A stretch of 58,075 nucleotides of DNA, from positions 1 to 58,075 of the forward strand of contig CAYODS010000001.1 in the NCBI GenBank assembly GCA_964402765.1, in the 5' to 3' direction. The position numbers and the translations under genes were made by a program. This document shows, in pieces, positions 9,206-17,608 of this stretch. The stretch comes from an uncultured Halobacteriales archaeon. GTDB taxonomy: Archaea > Halobacteriota > Halobacteria > Halobacteriales > SW-7-71-33. The number at the start of each line of letters is the position of its first letter. The first letter of the stretch is position 1. The notes under the pieces were generated by a model that made no database searches, had not been told where the DNA came from, and saw only the letters and a list, made by a program, of their open reading frames with translations.

Positions 9206-12200
9206 GTGAGTACATAGGCGAATTCGTTCAGGAGAGCGAGGAGTCGATAACGGAGTTGAACAACGCACTCCTCGAACTGGAGCGCAACCCCGACGACGAC
9301 GCCGCGATGGACGACGTGTTCCGCACCGCACACACCCTGAAGGGGAACTGTGGGGCGATGGGGTTCACCCGGGCGAGCGACCTGGCGCACGCGATCGAGG
9401 ACCTGCTCGACGCCGTTCGCGTGGGGTCGCTGTCGATCACGCCGGAGCTGATGGACGAGGTGTTCGCCGCCGTCGACGACCTGGAGCGGATGATCGGGGA
9501 GATCGACCGCCACGGCGATATAAAGAGCGACCCCTCCAGCCGGATCGAGAGCCTGCGCTCGGAGATCGAGGACTCCACCGGGCTGGTGAAGCCCTCCGAG
9601 GAGGAGACCGAGCGACTGCTGGGCGGGGCCGACCGCCTGCCACGCAGCGACCACCGGGCCTTCCACGCGCGGTTCTCCCTGACCGCGCCCGGCAGCGCCG
9701 ACGCCGCAATCACCGCGCTGTCGGACGCCTTCGACCTCCTGGCGACCGACCCTGCCTCTCCCGAGGATCTTGCCGAGGCCGAGACGGTCGACGCCGCCTT
9801 CGGCAGCGCGGTCGACGAGGCCGCCGTCGCGGCCGCGCTCGACCCCGTCGAGGCCGTCGAGGACGCCATCATCACCGAGGTCGACCCCGGGGTCGTGGAC
9901 CGGGCGGTCGGGACCACGGCCGCGGACGCGGACGAGTCCGACGCCGACGCCGAGGTCGGCGACCCCGAGGAGATGGAGGTCGACGAACTGCTCGACCAGT
10001 TCGAGGAGTACGACGACCTCGACGAGGCGGTCGAGCGCGTCGACGACGTGGCCGGCCTGGAGAACATGGGTGACGCCGGTGCGTTCGACGACATCGTCGA
10101 GGAGGAGGTCGACCCAGCCTACGACGACGCCGAGACGGGGGCCGAGACCGGCGACGCCGCCGAGACCGACGCCGGCCCCGAACCGGCCGGCGCGGACGAG
10201 GAGGTCGAGGACGCGATGAGCGAGTTCCAGGACCTCCAGGAGGAGTACGACCGCGTCGGCCTCGATCAGATGGAGGAGGAACTGGAGGGCGTCGAGTTCG
10301 GCGAGTACGACCAGGAGGACGAGGTCGGCTTCGACGAACTGCTGGGTGACGACCTCCTCGACGAGGGCCCGGCGACCGCCGACGCCGAGGCGGACCCCGC
10401 CGAACCTGAGGCGGACCCCGCCGAGGCCGAAGCCGAAGCGGAGCCTGCCGAACCCGCAGAGGCGGAAGCGGACCCCGAACCCGCCGAGGCCGAAGCCGAA
10501 GCGGAGCCCGTCGAGGCAGAAGCGGACCCCGGACCCGCAGAGGCAGAAGCGGACCCCGAACCCGCCGACGCCGAGGCGGAGCCGACGGTGTCGGAGCCGG
10601 GGGAGGCGGCCGTCGAGGCGTTGGTCGAGTCGGCGCGGCCGCCGGCGACGCTGGATCGGGGGGTCCACCACGTCCGCATGGCGGTGCCGGCAGACGATCC
10701 CGACGCCGGCGAGGCGGTCGTCGAGGCGCTGCGGGACGCCTTCGACCTGCTCGGCACCGACCCCGCCGAGACGGAGGTCGTCGTCGGCGGGCACGACGGG
10801 GAGATCGACGCCCTGTTCGGCAGTGACCTCCCCGAGGACGAGGTCCGCGCCGCACTGCACGCCGTCGACGGCGTTCGGGCGGCCCACCTCACGGACGTGA
10901 CCGACCGCGTCGCCCCCGAGGTCCAGTCCGGAACCGACGCGGCCCCCGACCCGGCCGACGCCGGGCCCGCCGAGGTCGGTGTCGACGCCGACGCCGACGC
11001 GGACGCCGCCGAGGAGGACCTCGACCCCGAGGTGATCCAGGCAGAGGGCGAGATCGAGGACGCGATGAGCGAGTTCAAGCAGATGCAGCAGGCCTACGAC
11101 ACCGTCGGCCTGGACGAGATCGAGGACGAACTCGAGGACGTCGAGTTCGGCGAGTACGACGAGGAGGACGAGGTCGGCTTCGACGAACTGCTCGGCGAGG
11201 AGGCCGAGGCTGACCCCGCGGAGACCGGCGCCGAGCCCGCTGAACCCGAGGCCGAGGCAGACCCCGCCGACGCCGAGGCAGAGCCGGAGCCTGCCGATCC
11301 CGCCGAAGCCGACGCCGACGCGGAGCCGGAGCCCGCTGCCCCCGCGGAGACAGCGCCGGAGCCGGAGTCCGCCGACCCCGCTGAAGCCGACGCCGACGCG
11401 GAGCCGGAGCCTGCCGACCTCGCTGAAGCCGACGCCGACGCGGAGCCGGAGTCCGCCGACTCCGCGGAGACAGCAGCGGACCCCGCAGAAGTCGACGCCC
11501 ACGCAGAGCCCACCGAGGCGTCCGCCGACGCCGATGCGGAGCCCACCGAGGCGTCCGCCGACACCGACGCGGTCGACCCGGCGGCGCCCCCGACCGACGA
11601 GGCGGTCGCCGCGGCGGTCGAGGACGTCGAGACGACGCTCCCGGAGAGCCGGAAGGCGTACCACCTCGCCCTAGAGGTGCACACCGAACCGGACCGGAAC
11701 AACGGCAGTCGCGTCGTCGAGGCGCTGCGTGACGCCTTCGACCTCCTCGACACCCGGCCGCCGGAGCCGACCGTCGCGGCGGAGGACCCCGCCCGCCTGG
11801 AGACGGTGATCGGCAGTCACGTTCCCGAGTCCGAGATCCGCTCCGCGCTGGACGACGTCGAGGAGGTCGGGGTCGTCCACCTCACCGACGTGACTGACCG
11901 GGTGACCGCGGCGCCCGCCGCGGAGGCCGACGCCGATGCGGAGACGACGGACGCCATGACGGAGTTCCGCTCGATGCAGGAGCGGTACGACACCGTCGAC
12001 GTCGGAGAGATCGAGACGGAACTGGAGGAGGCCGACCTCCCCGGTATCGACACCAGCGAGGAGGTGGGCTTCGAGGACCTGCTCGAACCCGCCGAGATAG
12101 AGGACGAGCCCGTCGAGCCCGTGGCCGACGACGGCGTCGAGGCCGACGCCGGGCCGGCGACGGAGGGCGAGACGGACACGCCGTCCACGACGGCCGACGC

Positions 12201-14001
12201 CGAGGGTGGTGTCGACGCAGACACCGACACCGCCGAGGCCGACACCGGTGTCACGGCCGAGGACGACGTCGAGGTCACCGAGGTCGAGGTCGGAGAGATC
12301 GGCGACGTGGAGGGGATCGAGGACGTCGAGGACCCCGAGGAGATCGACCTCGAGGACATCGAGGTCGAGGGCGACCTGGACGACGTCGCGGTCAGTTCGG
12401 AGTTCGGCGTCGACGTCGACATCGACGCCTCCTCGGTCACCGGCGAGGACGGCGATGCCGAGTCGGCGTCCGAACCGGAGCCCGAGCCCGACCCGGAGCC
12501 GACGACCCCGGCGTCCGAACCAGAGCCGGAGCCGGAACCGGAGCCGACGACCCCGGAGCCCGAGCCCGAGCCGTCGGTGCCGGACGCGGCGACGGCCGAC
12601 GTGCAGACGATAAAGGGGATCGGGTCGGCGTACGCCGAGCGCCTCGCGGAGGCGGACGTGGAGACCGTCGGCGACCTGGTCGTCGCGGACGCCAGGGCGC
12701 TGGCCGACGAGACCGACATCTCGGACAACCGCATCGAGGAGTGGGTCGAGCGCGCGCCGGTGTCACCCGACGCGGTCCAGTCGGACGAACCGGCGGACGA
12801 CGCGGAGGCGGCCGACGCCACCAGGGAGACGGACGCGATCCAGTCGATCCGGGTCGACGTCGACCAGGTGGACGAGCTGCTGAACTTGGTCGAGGGGCTG
12901 GTGACGAGTCGGGCACGGATGCGGCGTGCGCTGCGTGAGGTCGACGTCGACGTCCAGCCGCTGGCCGAGGAGCTGGACGAACTCGACGTGATCGGCACCG
13001 AGATGCAGGACGTGGTGATGGACATGCGACTGGTGCCGGTGCGGACGGTCACCCAGCGGCTCCCCCGCGTCGTGCGCGACGTGGCCCGTGACCAGGGCAA
13101 GCGCGTGGCCTTCGACATCGAGGGCGAGGACGTCGAGGTCGACCGGTCGATCCTCTCGCGGATGAGCGACCCGCTGATCCACATGGTCCGCAACGCGGTC
13201 GATCACGGTATCGAGCCGCCCGAGGAGCGAGCCGCGGCCGGCAAGGACGAGGAGGGCCAGGTGACCCTGCGTGCCTACCGCGCCCGTGACACCGTCTACG
13301 TCGAGGTCGAGGACGACGGCCGGGGGCTGGATCCCGACGAACTCCGCGAGGCGGCCGTCGAGAAGGGGATGTACACCGAGGACGAGGCCGAGCGCGTCTC
13401 CGACGACGCGGCCCGCGAGCTGGTGTTCCACCCCGGCTTCTCGACCAACGAGGAGGTGACCGACGTCTCCGGGCGTGGCGTCGGGATGGACGTCGTCGCC
13501 ACAACCGTCGAGGACCTCGACGGCGAGGTCGAGGTGGAGAGCGAGCCCGGCCAGGGGACGACGGTCCGCCTGGCGCTGCCGGTGTCGGTCGCCATCTCCG
13601 AGGTGCTGTTCATGGAGGTCGGCGACGAGGAGTACGGCGTCCCGATCCGCGTCGTCGACGAGATCGAGGGCATGGGCGCCGCCCAGCCGGTCACCGACGG
13701 CGGCGAGGTCGTCCGCACGCCAAGCGGCGACGAGCGCGAGCTGATCGACCTGGGAGAGGCGATGGACGCTCCCGGTCGCGACGGGGACCGCGACATGGGC
13801 GGCCCCCAGGAGCGCGGGATGCTCGTCACCCTGGAGGACGACGTGCGCCAGGCGGCGATCCGCTGTGACCGGGTGCGGGGCCAGCAGGAGGTCGTCGTCA
13901 AGCCGTTCGAGGGGTTCATGGCCGACATCCCCGGGCTGAGCGGCGCCGCCATCCTCGGCGAGGGCGACGTCGTCAACATCCTCGACGTCGAGACGCTGTG
14001 A
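9202..14001 (+). CDS. cheA: chemotaxis histidine kinase CheA, giant 1599-aa form (P1, three P2-like modules, HhH, P3-P4-P5)
   Basis: Hpt domain with phospho-His in FRTAHTLKGN (CAC at 9331-9333). Dimerisation region SIRVDVDQVDELLNLVEGLV. HATPase (HMVRNAVDHGIE, DDGRGLD, GRGVGMD). C-terminal CheW-like domain. About 1080 residues of repeats are inserted between P1 and P3. Confidence 0.93.
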   Translation: MSEYIGEFVQESEESITELNNALLELERNPDDDAAMDDVFRTAHTLKGNCGAMGFTRASDLAHAIEDLLDAVRVGSLSITPELMDEVFAAVDDLERMIGEIDRHGDIKSDPSSRIESLRSEIEDSTGLVKPSEEETERLLGGADRLPRSDHRAFHARFSLTAPGSADAAITALSDAFDLLATDPASPEDLAEAETVDAAFGSAVDEAAVAAALDPVEAVEDAIITEVDPGVVDRAVGTTAADADESDADAEVGDPEEMEVDELLDQFEEYDDLDEAVERVDDVAGLENMGDAGAFDDIVEEEVDPAYDDAETGAETGDAAETDAGPEPAGADEEVEDAMSEFQDLQEEYDRVGLDQMEEELEGVEFGEYDQEDEVGFDELLGDDLLDEGPATADAEADPAEPEADPAEAEAEAEPAEPAEAEADPEPAEAEAEAEPVEAEADPGPAEAEADPEPADAEAEPTVSEPGEAAVEALVESARPPATLDRGVHHVRMAVPADDPDAGEAVVEALRDAFDLLGTDPAETEVVVGGHDGEIDALFGSDLPEDEVRAALHAVDGVRAAHLTDVTDRVAPEVQSGTDAAPDPADAGPAEVGVDADADADAAEEDLDPEVIQAEGEIEDAMSEFKQMQQAYDTVGLDEIEDELEDVEFGEYDEEDEVGFDELLGEEAEADPAETGAEPAEPEAEADPADAEAEPEPADPAEADADAEPEPAAPAETAPEPESADPAEADADAEPEPADLAEADADAEPESADSAETAADPAEVDAHAEPTEASADADAEPTEASADTDAVDPAAPPTDEAVAAAVEDVETTLPESRKAYHLALEVHTEPDRNNGSRVVEALRDAFDLLDTRPPEPTVAAEDPARLETVIGSHVPESEIRSALDDVEEVGVVHLTDVTDRVTAAPAAEADADAETTDAMTEFRSMQERYDTVDVGEIETELEEADLPGIDTSEEVGFEDLLEPAEIEDEPVEPVADDGVEADAGPATEGETDTPSTTADAEGGVDADTDTAEADTGVTAEDDVEVTEVEVGEIGDVEGIEDVEDPEEIDLEDIEVEGDLDDVAVSSEFGVDVDIDASSVTGEDGDAESASEPEPEPDPEPTTPASEPEPEPEPEPTTPEPEPEPSVPDAATADVQTIKGIGSAYAERLAEADVETVGDLVVADARALADETDISDNRIEEWVERAPVSPDAVQSDEPADDAEAADATRETDAIQSIRVDVDQVDELLNLVEGLVTSRARMRRALREVDVDVQPLAEELDELDVIGTEMQDVVMDMRLVPVRTVTQRLPRVVRDVARDQGKRVAFDIEGEDVEVDRSILSRMSDPLIHMVRNAVDHGIEPPEERAAAGKDEEGQVTLRAYRARDTVYVEVEDDGRGLDPDELREAAVEKGMYTEDEAERVSDDAARELVFHPGFSTNEEVTDVSGRGVGMDVVATTVEDLDGEVEVESEPGQGTTVRLALPVSVAISEVLFMEVGDEEYGVPIRVVDEIEGMGAAQPVTDGGEVVRTPSGDERELIDLGEAMDAPGRDGDRDMGGPQERGMLVTLEDDVRQAAIRCDRVRGQQEVVVKPFEGFMADIPGLSGAAILGEGDVVNILDVETL
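9655..12087 (+). repeat. threefold repeat inside cheA of a P2-like module plus an acidic motif plus a Pro/Glu/Ala linker
   Basis: P2-like modules at 9655-9897, 10660-10911 and 11653-11904 (..VVEALRDAFDLL.T.P...HLTDVTDRV). Acidic motifs at 10207-10356, 11056-11196 and 11950-12087 (EDAMSEF...VEFGEYD.EDEVGFDELLG). Confidence 0.8.
11503..11568 (+). repeat. 2 x 33-nt in-frame tandem repeat (AEPTEASADAD) within cheA
   Basis: gcagagcccaccgaggcgtccgccgacgccgat is followed directly by gcggagcccaccgaggcgtccgccgacaccgac. Confidence 0.85.
12469..12558 (+). repeat. 2 x 45-nt in-frame tandem repeat (SEPEPEP.PEPTTP) within cheA
   Basis: tccgaaccggagcccgagcccgacccggagccgacgaccccggcg is followed by tccgaaccagagccggagccggaaccggagccgacgaccccggag. 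Confidence 0.85.
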
Positions 14002-14013
14002 GTCCGGCCGACG

Positions 14014-14020
14014 TTTATAA
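14014..14020 (+). promoter_or_regulatory. near-consensus TATA box (TTTATAA) in the cheA-cheC spacer; candidate internal che promoter
   Basis: This is the only strongly AT-rich heptamer in the 130-nt gap. It lies 13 nt after the cheA stop and about 112 nt before the cheC ATG. Confidence 0.45.
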
Positions 14021-14131
14021 GTCCCTCACCCAAGTGCTTATGACCGTCGTGAGCAAACCGGACATCGTGACAGAGGGATCGTCGCCCGCCCCTCGCACGC
14101 GGCGGTCGGGGGTTCGACACGGGAGGACACA

Positions 14132-14752
14132 ATGAGTTCGAGCACTGAGGGTCTCAAGGTCGACATCAGGAAGCTGAGTCTCATCAACGAGATGGCCAAG
14201 GTCGGTACCAACGGCGTCGCGGAGAACATGTCCAAGCTCACCGGCGAGGACGCCCGCATGCAGGTGACGAAGACCAACTTCGTCGACGTCGCCGACATCC
14301 CCAATCAGGTCGAGGGCGGCAAGCGGGTCGGCGTCCGCATCCGCCTGCAGGAGGCACCACACGGTCACCTCCTGATCCTGTTCCCGGAGGAGAGCGCCAA
14401 GAAGATCACCTACCTGATGCTGTCGGACATGGTCGACGACGTCTCCGACGTGTCGGGTGACATGGCCCGCTCGGCGGTCGAGGAACTCGGGATGATAATG
14501 GGCAACGGGTTCATCACCGGGTGGGCTGACGTGCTGGGCAAGACGATCGACACCGCCACCCCGCAGTTGGTGTACGCCCCGCTGGCGGAGGTCGTCGAGC
14601 GCACCGCCGACCTGGGGGGCCAGGACCTGGCGCTCGTGTTCGACTCCTCGCTGGACGTGCCCCGCTACGAGATCGAGGCCGAGCTGTACGCCTTCCCCGA
14701 CCTGGAGGAGTTCGTCACGATGGTGAACAACATCGAGGCGACACCCGCCTGA
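14132..14752 (+). CDS. cheC: CheC-family CheY-P phosphatase (single CheC unit)
   Basis: 206 aa with CheC-type motifs (INEMAKVGTNGVAENMS, EELGMIMGNGFITGWADVL). Confidence 0.9.
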   Translation: MSSSTEGLKVDIRKLSLINEMAKVGTNGVAENMSKLTGEDARMQVTKTNFVDVADIPNQVEGGKRVGVRIRLQEAPHGHLLILFPEESAKKITYLMLSDMVDDVSDVSGDMARSAVEELGMIMGNGFITGWADVLGKTIDTATPQLVYAPLAEVVERTADLGGQDLALVFDSSLDVPRYEIEAELYAFPDLEEFVTMVNNIEATPA

Positions 14753-14753
14753 G

Positions 14754-16076
14754 ATGAGCGATGACACGGGCCCGGCGATGGAACTCGACGTGAACGCGCT
14801 GGGCACGTTCTACCGGATGGCGAGCGAGGGCGCCGGCCTCGCGGCGGGGCGACTCACCCACATGACCGGCGTGGACACCCGCGTCGGGGTGACACGTCTG
14901 AACTTCATCCGTGGCTCGAAGGTCCGCTCGGAGTTCGACGACGGCAGCCCGAAGGTCGGGGTACGCGTCGAGACGGAGGACGGTCTCGACGGGCACTCGA
15001 TGGTCGTGTTCGACCGCGAGAACGCCCTGCGGATCGTGCGGGCACTCGTCCCCGACGAGATGAGTGCCGCCGACGAGTTCGACGAGATGAACACCTCGGC
15101 GGTGACCGAGGTCGGCCAGATAATGAACAGCGGGTTCATCGACGGCTGGGCCGACGTTCTGGAGACGAAGATTGACCTCTCGCCGCCGGAGTTCATCACC
15201 GGCGACACCGCCGAACCGTTCATCGAGGACCTCTCGACGGCACCGACGGACGACGAGTTCGTCGTCCTCTTTCGCTCGAACATCGAGGCCGTCGACACCG
15301 AGGTGGGGTTCAAGCACTACTTCTTCCCCGAGCAGGAGTCGATCTCCGCGCTCGTGAACCGCCGTCGCGACGAGGACGCGGCGACGATCGACTACGCGAA
15401 ACTGGAGGGGTTCGACCGCATGGCAGAACAGGGTGCCCGGGAGGCGGCCGACAACATCACCACGCTGTCGGGCATCGAGACCGAGATCGAGATCCGGCGG
15501 CTCAACTTCGTCTCCCTGGAGGCGATCCCGGAGGAGGTCGGCGACCGCACGCTGGTCGGCTCTGCGTTCGAGTTCGAGGGCACCCCGTCGGGCTACCTCG
15601 TCTTCATGTTCGACGAGGACTCCGCAAAGGAGGTCGCCGAGGCGATGCTGCCGACGGCCGCGCCCGAGGGCGGCGGGATGAGCCAGATGGAACAGTCCGC
15701 GATAAAGGAGTTGGGCAACATCATGGCCTCGGGCCTGCTCGACGGGTGGGCGAACGTGCTCGACACGACGATCGATCACTCCACGCCACGGTACATCCAC
15801 GACGTTGGCGCCGCCGCCGTCGACCCGATCGTCATCGAGCTGGGCCAGAACCAGGAGTACGCGTTCGTGTTCGACACCCGCATCGAGGCCGCCGACCGAG
15901 ACATCGACTGTGAGATCTTCGCGATCCCCGACGAGGACGACCTGATGCGGGCACTGGACGACCTCGACGTCGACCGCGTGGACGAGGCCCCCACCACGGC
16001 GGAGTTCCCGGTCGACGAGGACCTGGACGACGACCTCGACGCCGACCCCGACGAGATAGAGCGCAGCGCCGAGTGA
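14754..16076 (+). CDS. double-domain CheC-like protein with acidic C-terminal tail
   Basis: Two tandem CheC halves (TEVGQIMNSGFIDGWADVL and KELGNIMASGLLDGWANVL). It starts 1 nt after the stop of the previous cheC. Confidence 0.88.
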   Translation: MSDDTGPAMELDVNALGTFYRMASEGAGLAAGRLTHMTGVDTRVGVTRLNFIRGSKVRSEFDDGSPKVGVRVETEDGLDGHSMVVFDRENALRIVRALVPDEMSAADEFDEMNTSAVTEVGQIMNSGFIDGWADVLETKIDLSPPEFITGDTAEPFIEDLSTAPTDDEFVVLFRSNIEAVDTEVGFKHYFFPEQESISALVNRRRDEDAATIDYAKLEGFDRMAEQGAREAADNITTLSGIETEIEIRRLNFVSLEAIPEEVGDRTLVGSAFEFEGTPSGYLVFMFDEDSAKEVAEAMLPTAAPEGGGMSQMEQSAIKELGNIMASGLLDGWANVLDTTIDHSTPRYIHDVGAAAVDPIVIELGQNQEYAFVFDTRIEAADRDIDCEIFAIPDEDDLMRALDDLDVDRVDEAPTTAEFPVDEDLDDDLDADPDEIERSAE

Positions 16077-16139
16077 CCCGCCCTGGCCGGGGGGGTTAAG
16101 ACCCCCAGGCACGTACACGACACAGAGACTGATACCACG

Positions 16140-16661
16140 ATGAAAACGTACGGGAGCGAACCGGGCGTGCCGGAGACGGACCCCATCCGCGTCGGTATCT
16201 CGGAGTTCGCGATAAGCGACGCCGGCCAGCGGATGAAGTCCTACGGACTGGGGTCGTGCGTGGCGGTGGCACTGTGGGACCCGACGACCGAGGTGGGGGG
16301 CCTCGCACACGTCATGCTTCCACACGGCGACGACCGCGACGGTGACGACCGCAAACCCGCGAAGTTCGCCGACACGGCCGTGCGGACGATGCTGCGACAG
16401 ATGGTCGAGAAGGGGGGTGACTACACCGCCGTCGAGGCGAAGATCGCCGGCGGGTCGGACATGTTCGAGTTCGACAGCTTCGACGAGGGGGTCGGCGAGC
16501 GCAACGTCGAGGCCGCACGCACCGAACTCGACCGGCTCGGCGTGCCGATCGTCGCCGAGGACGTCGGCGGCGAGGGTGGTCGCACGGTGGAGTTCGACAC
16601 CACCGACGGCAGCCTCGCCGTCCACACGCCCGAGACCGACGACGACCCCATCGAACTGTAG
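16140..16661 (+). CDS. cheD: chemoreceptor glutamine deamidase CheD
   Basis: 173 aa, with YGLGSCVAVALWD and GGLAHVMLP motifs typical of CheD. Confidence 0.92.
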   Translation: MKTYGSEPGVPETDPIRVGISEFAISDAGQRMKSYGLGSCVAVALWDPTTEVGGLAHVMLPHGDDRDGDDRKPAKFADTAVRTMLRQMVEKGGDYTAVEAKIAGGSDMFEFDSFDEGVGERNVEAARTELDRLGVPIVAEDVGGEGGRTVEFDTTDGSLAVHTPETDDDPIEL

Positions 16662-16681
16662 CCGCTCGCGGTCCACTCACC

Positions 16682-17608
16682 GTGCCCGACAGCCCAGACG
16701 ACTACCGCGTCGCGCCCGACCGCGCACTCAACAGCGACGGCGACCCCGACGAGGAGGGGTTTCGATCGCTGACCGGCTTCGTCGAGCGGGAACTGGAGTT
16801 CGCCACCAGTCACTACAACGACGACTACCTCAAGCGACGCTTCGCCTCGCGGATGCGGCGCCGCGGTGTCTCGACCTACGGTGAGTACCTTGAGGTCGTC
16901 ACGGAGGAGCCCGACGAGCAGCGCGCGCTGCTCGACGCGCTGTCGATAAACGTCACCGGCTTCTTCCGTGACCCGGAGGTGTGGGAGGGCGTCCGGGAGA
17001 TCCTGCGTGCGCTGACCGAACAGCGACTCCAGGTGACCGCCTGGAGCGCCGGCTGTGCGGACGGGCGCGAGCCGTACTCGCTGGCGATGCTGGCCGACGC
17101 CGACCCCGAGATCGAGGCGGCCAGTCTGGTGATAACGGCCACCGACATCAGCGAGGCGGCCATCGACAGCGCCCGGGAGGGCGTCTACCAGGGCTCACAC
17201 ACGACCGACATCCGGGGCGAACTGGACTTCCTCGAGAACCCCGGGCGGTACGTCGAGTCCGTCGACGGCGACCGCTACGCCGTCGTCGACCGGATCCGGC
17301 GGGCGGTCACCTTCCAGCAACACGACCTCATCAGGGACGACCCGAAGACGGATCTCGACCTGGTGCTGTGTCGCAACCTCACCATCTACATCGACAGCGA
17401 GTACAAGGAGCCGGTGATCGACACCGTCCGGCGCTCGCTGCGGCCGGGCGGGTACCTCGTCATCGGCAAGACCGAGACCATCCCGCGGTCGCTGCGGGAC
17501 GACTTCACCGTCGTCGACGGCGAGCGCCGGATCTACCGCCGCACGGTGCCCGACGAGGACGGCGGTCGCTCGCGGATCACCGGGATCGGCACGGACCGCG
17601 ACCGCTGA
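16682..17608 (+). CDS. cheR: chemotaxis protein methyltransferase CheR
   Basis: INVTGFFRDPEVWE, AWSAGCADGREPYSLAM and LCRNLTIYID motifs. GTG start. Confidence 0.92.
   Translation: MPDSPDDYRVAPDRALNSDGDPDEEGFRSLTGFVERELEFATSHYNDDYLKRRFASRMRRRGVSTYGEYLEVVTEEPDEQRALLDALSINVTGFFRDPEVWEGVREILRALTEQRLQVTAWSAGCADGREPYSLAMLADADPEIEAASLVITATDISEAAIDSAREGVYQGSHTTDIRGELDFLENPGRYVESVDGDRYAVVDRIRRAVTFQQHDLIRDDPKTDLDLVLCRNLTIYIDSEYKEPVIDTVRRSLRPGGYLVIGKTETIPRSLRDDFTVVDGERRIYRRTVPDEDGGRSRITGIGTDRDR

Noticed and set aside
10381-11580. Dense short GC-rich direct repeats that superficially resemble a repeat array (CRISPR-like at first glance).
   Set aside because: The repeats are in-frame Pro/Glu/Ala/Asp codon repeats inside cheA. 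Their lengths are irregular and there is no repeat-spacer periodicity. No cas genes are present in the window.
9070-11664. 864-aa ORF antisense to cheA. Similar long antisense or out-of-frame ORFs include 7763-9331, 14715-16676, 29782-32193, 41762-43360 and 45243-46856.
   Set aside because: The products are Arg/Gly/Pro/Leu-rich low-complexity sequence, which is the usual mirror-frame artefact of a very GC-rich genome. Each overlaps a gene on the other strand or frame that has clear family motifs and an acidic composition.
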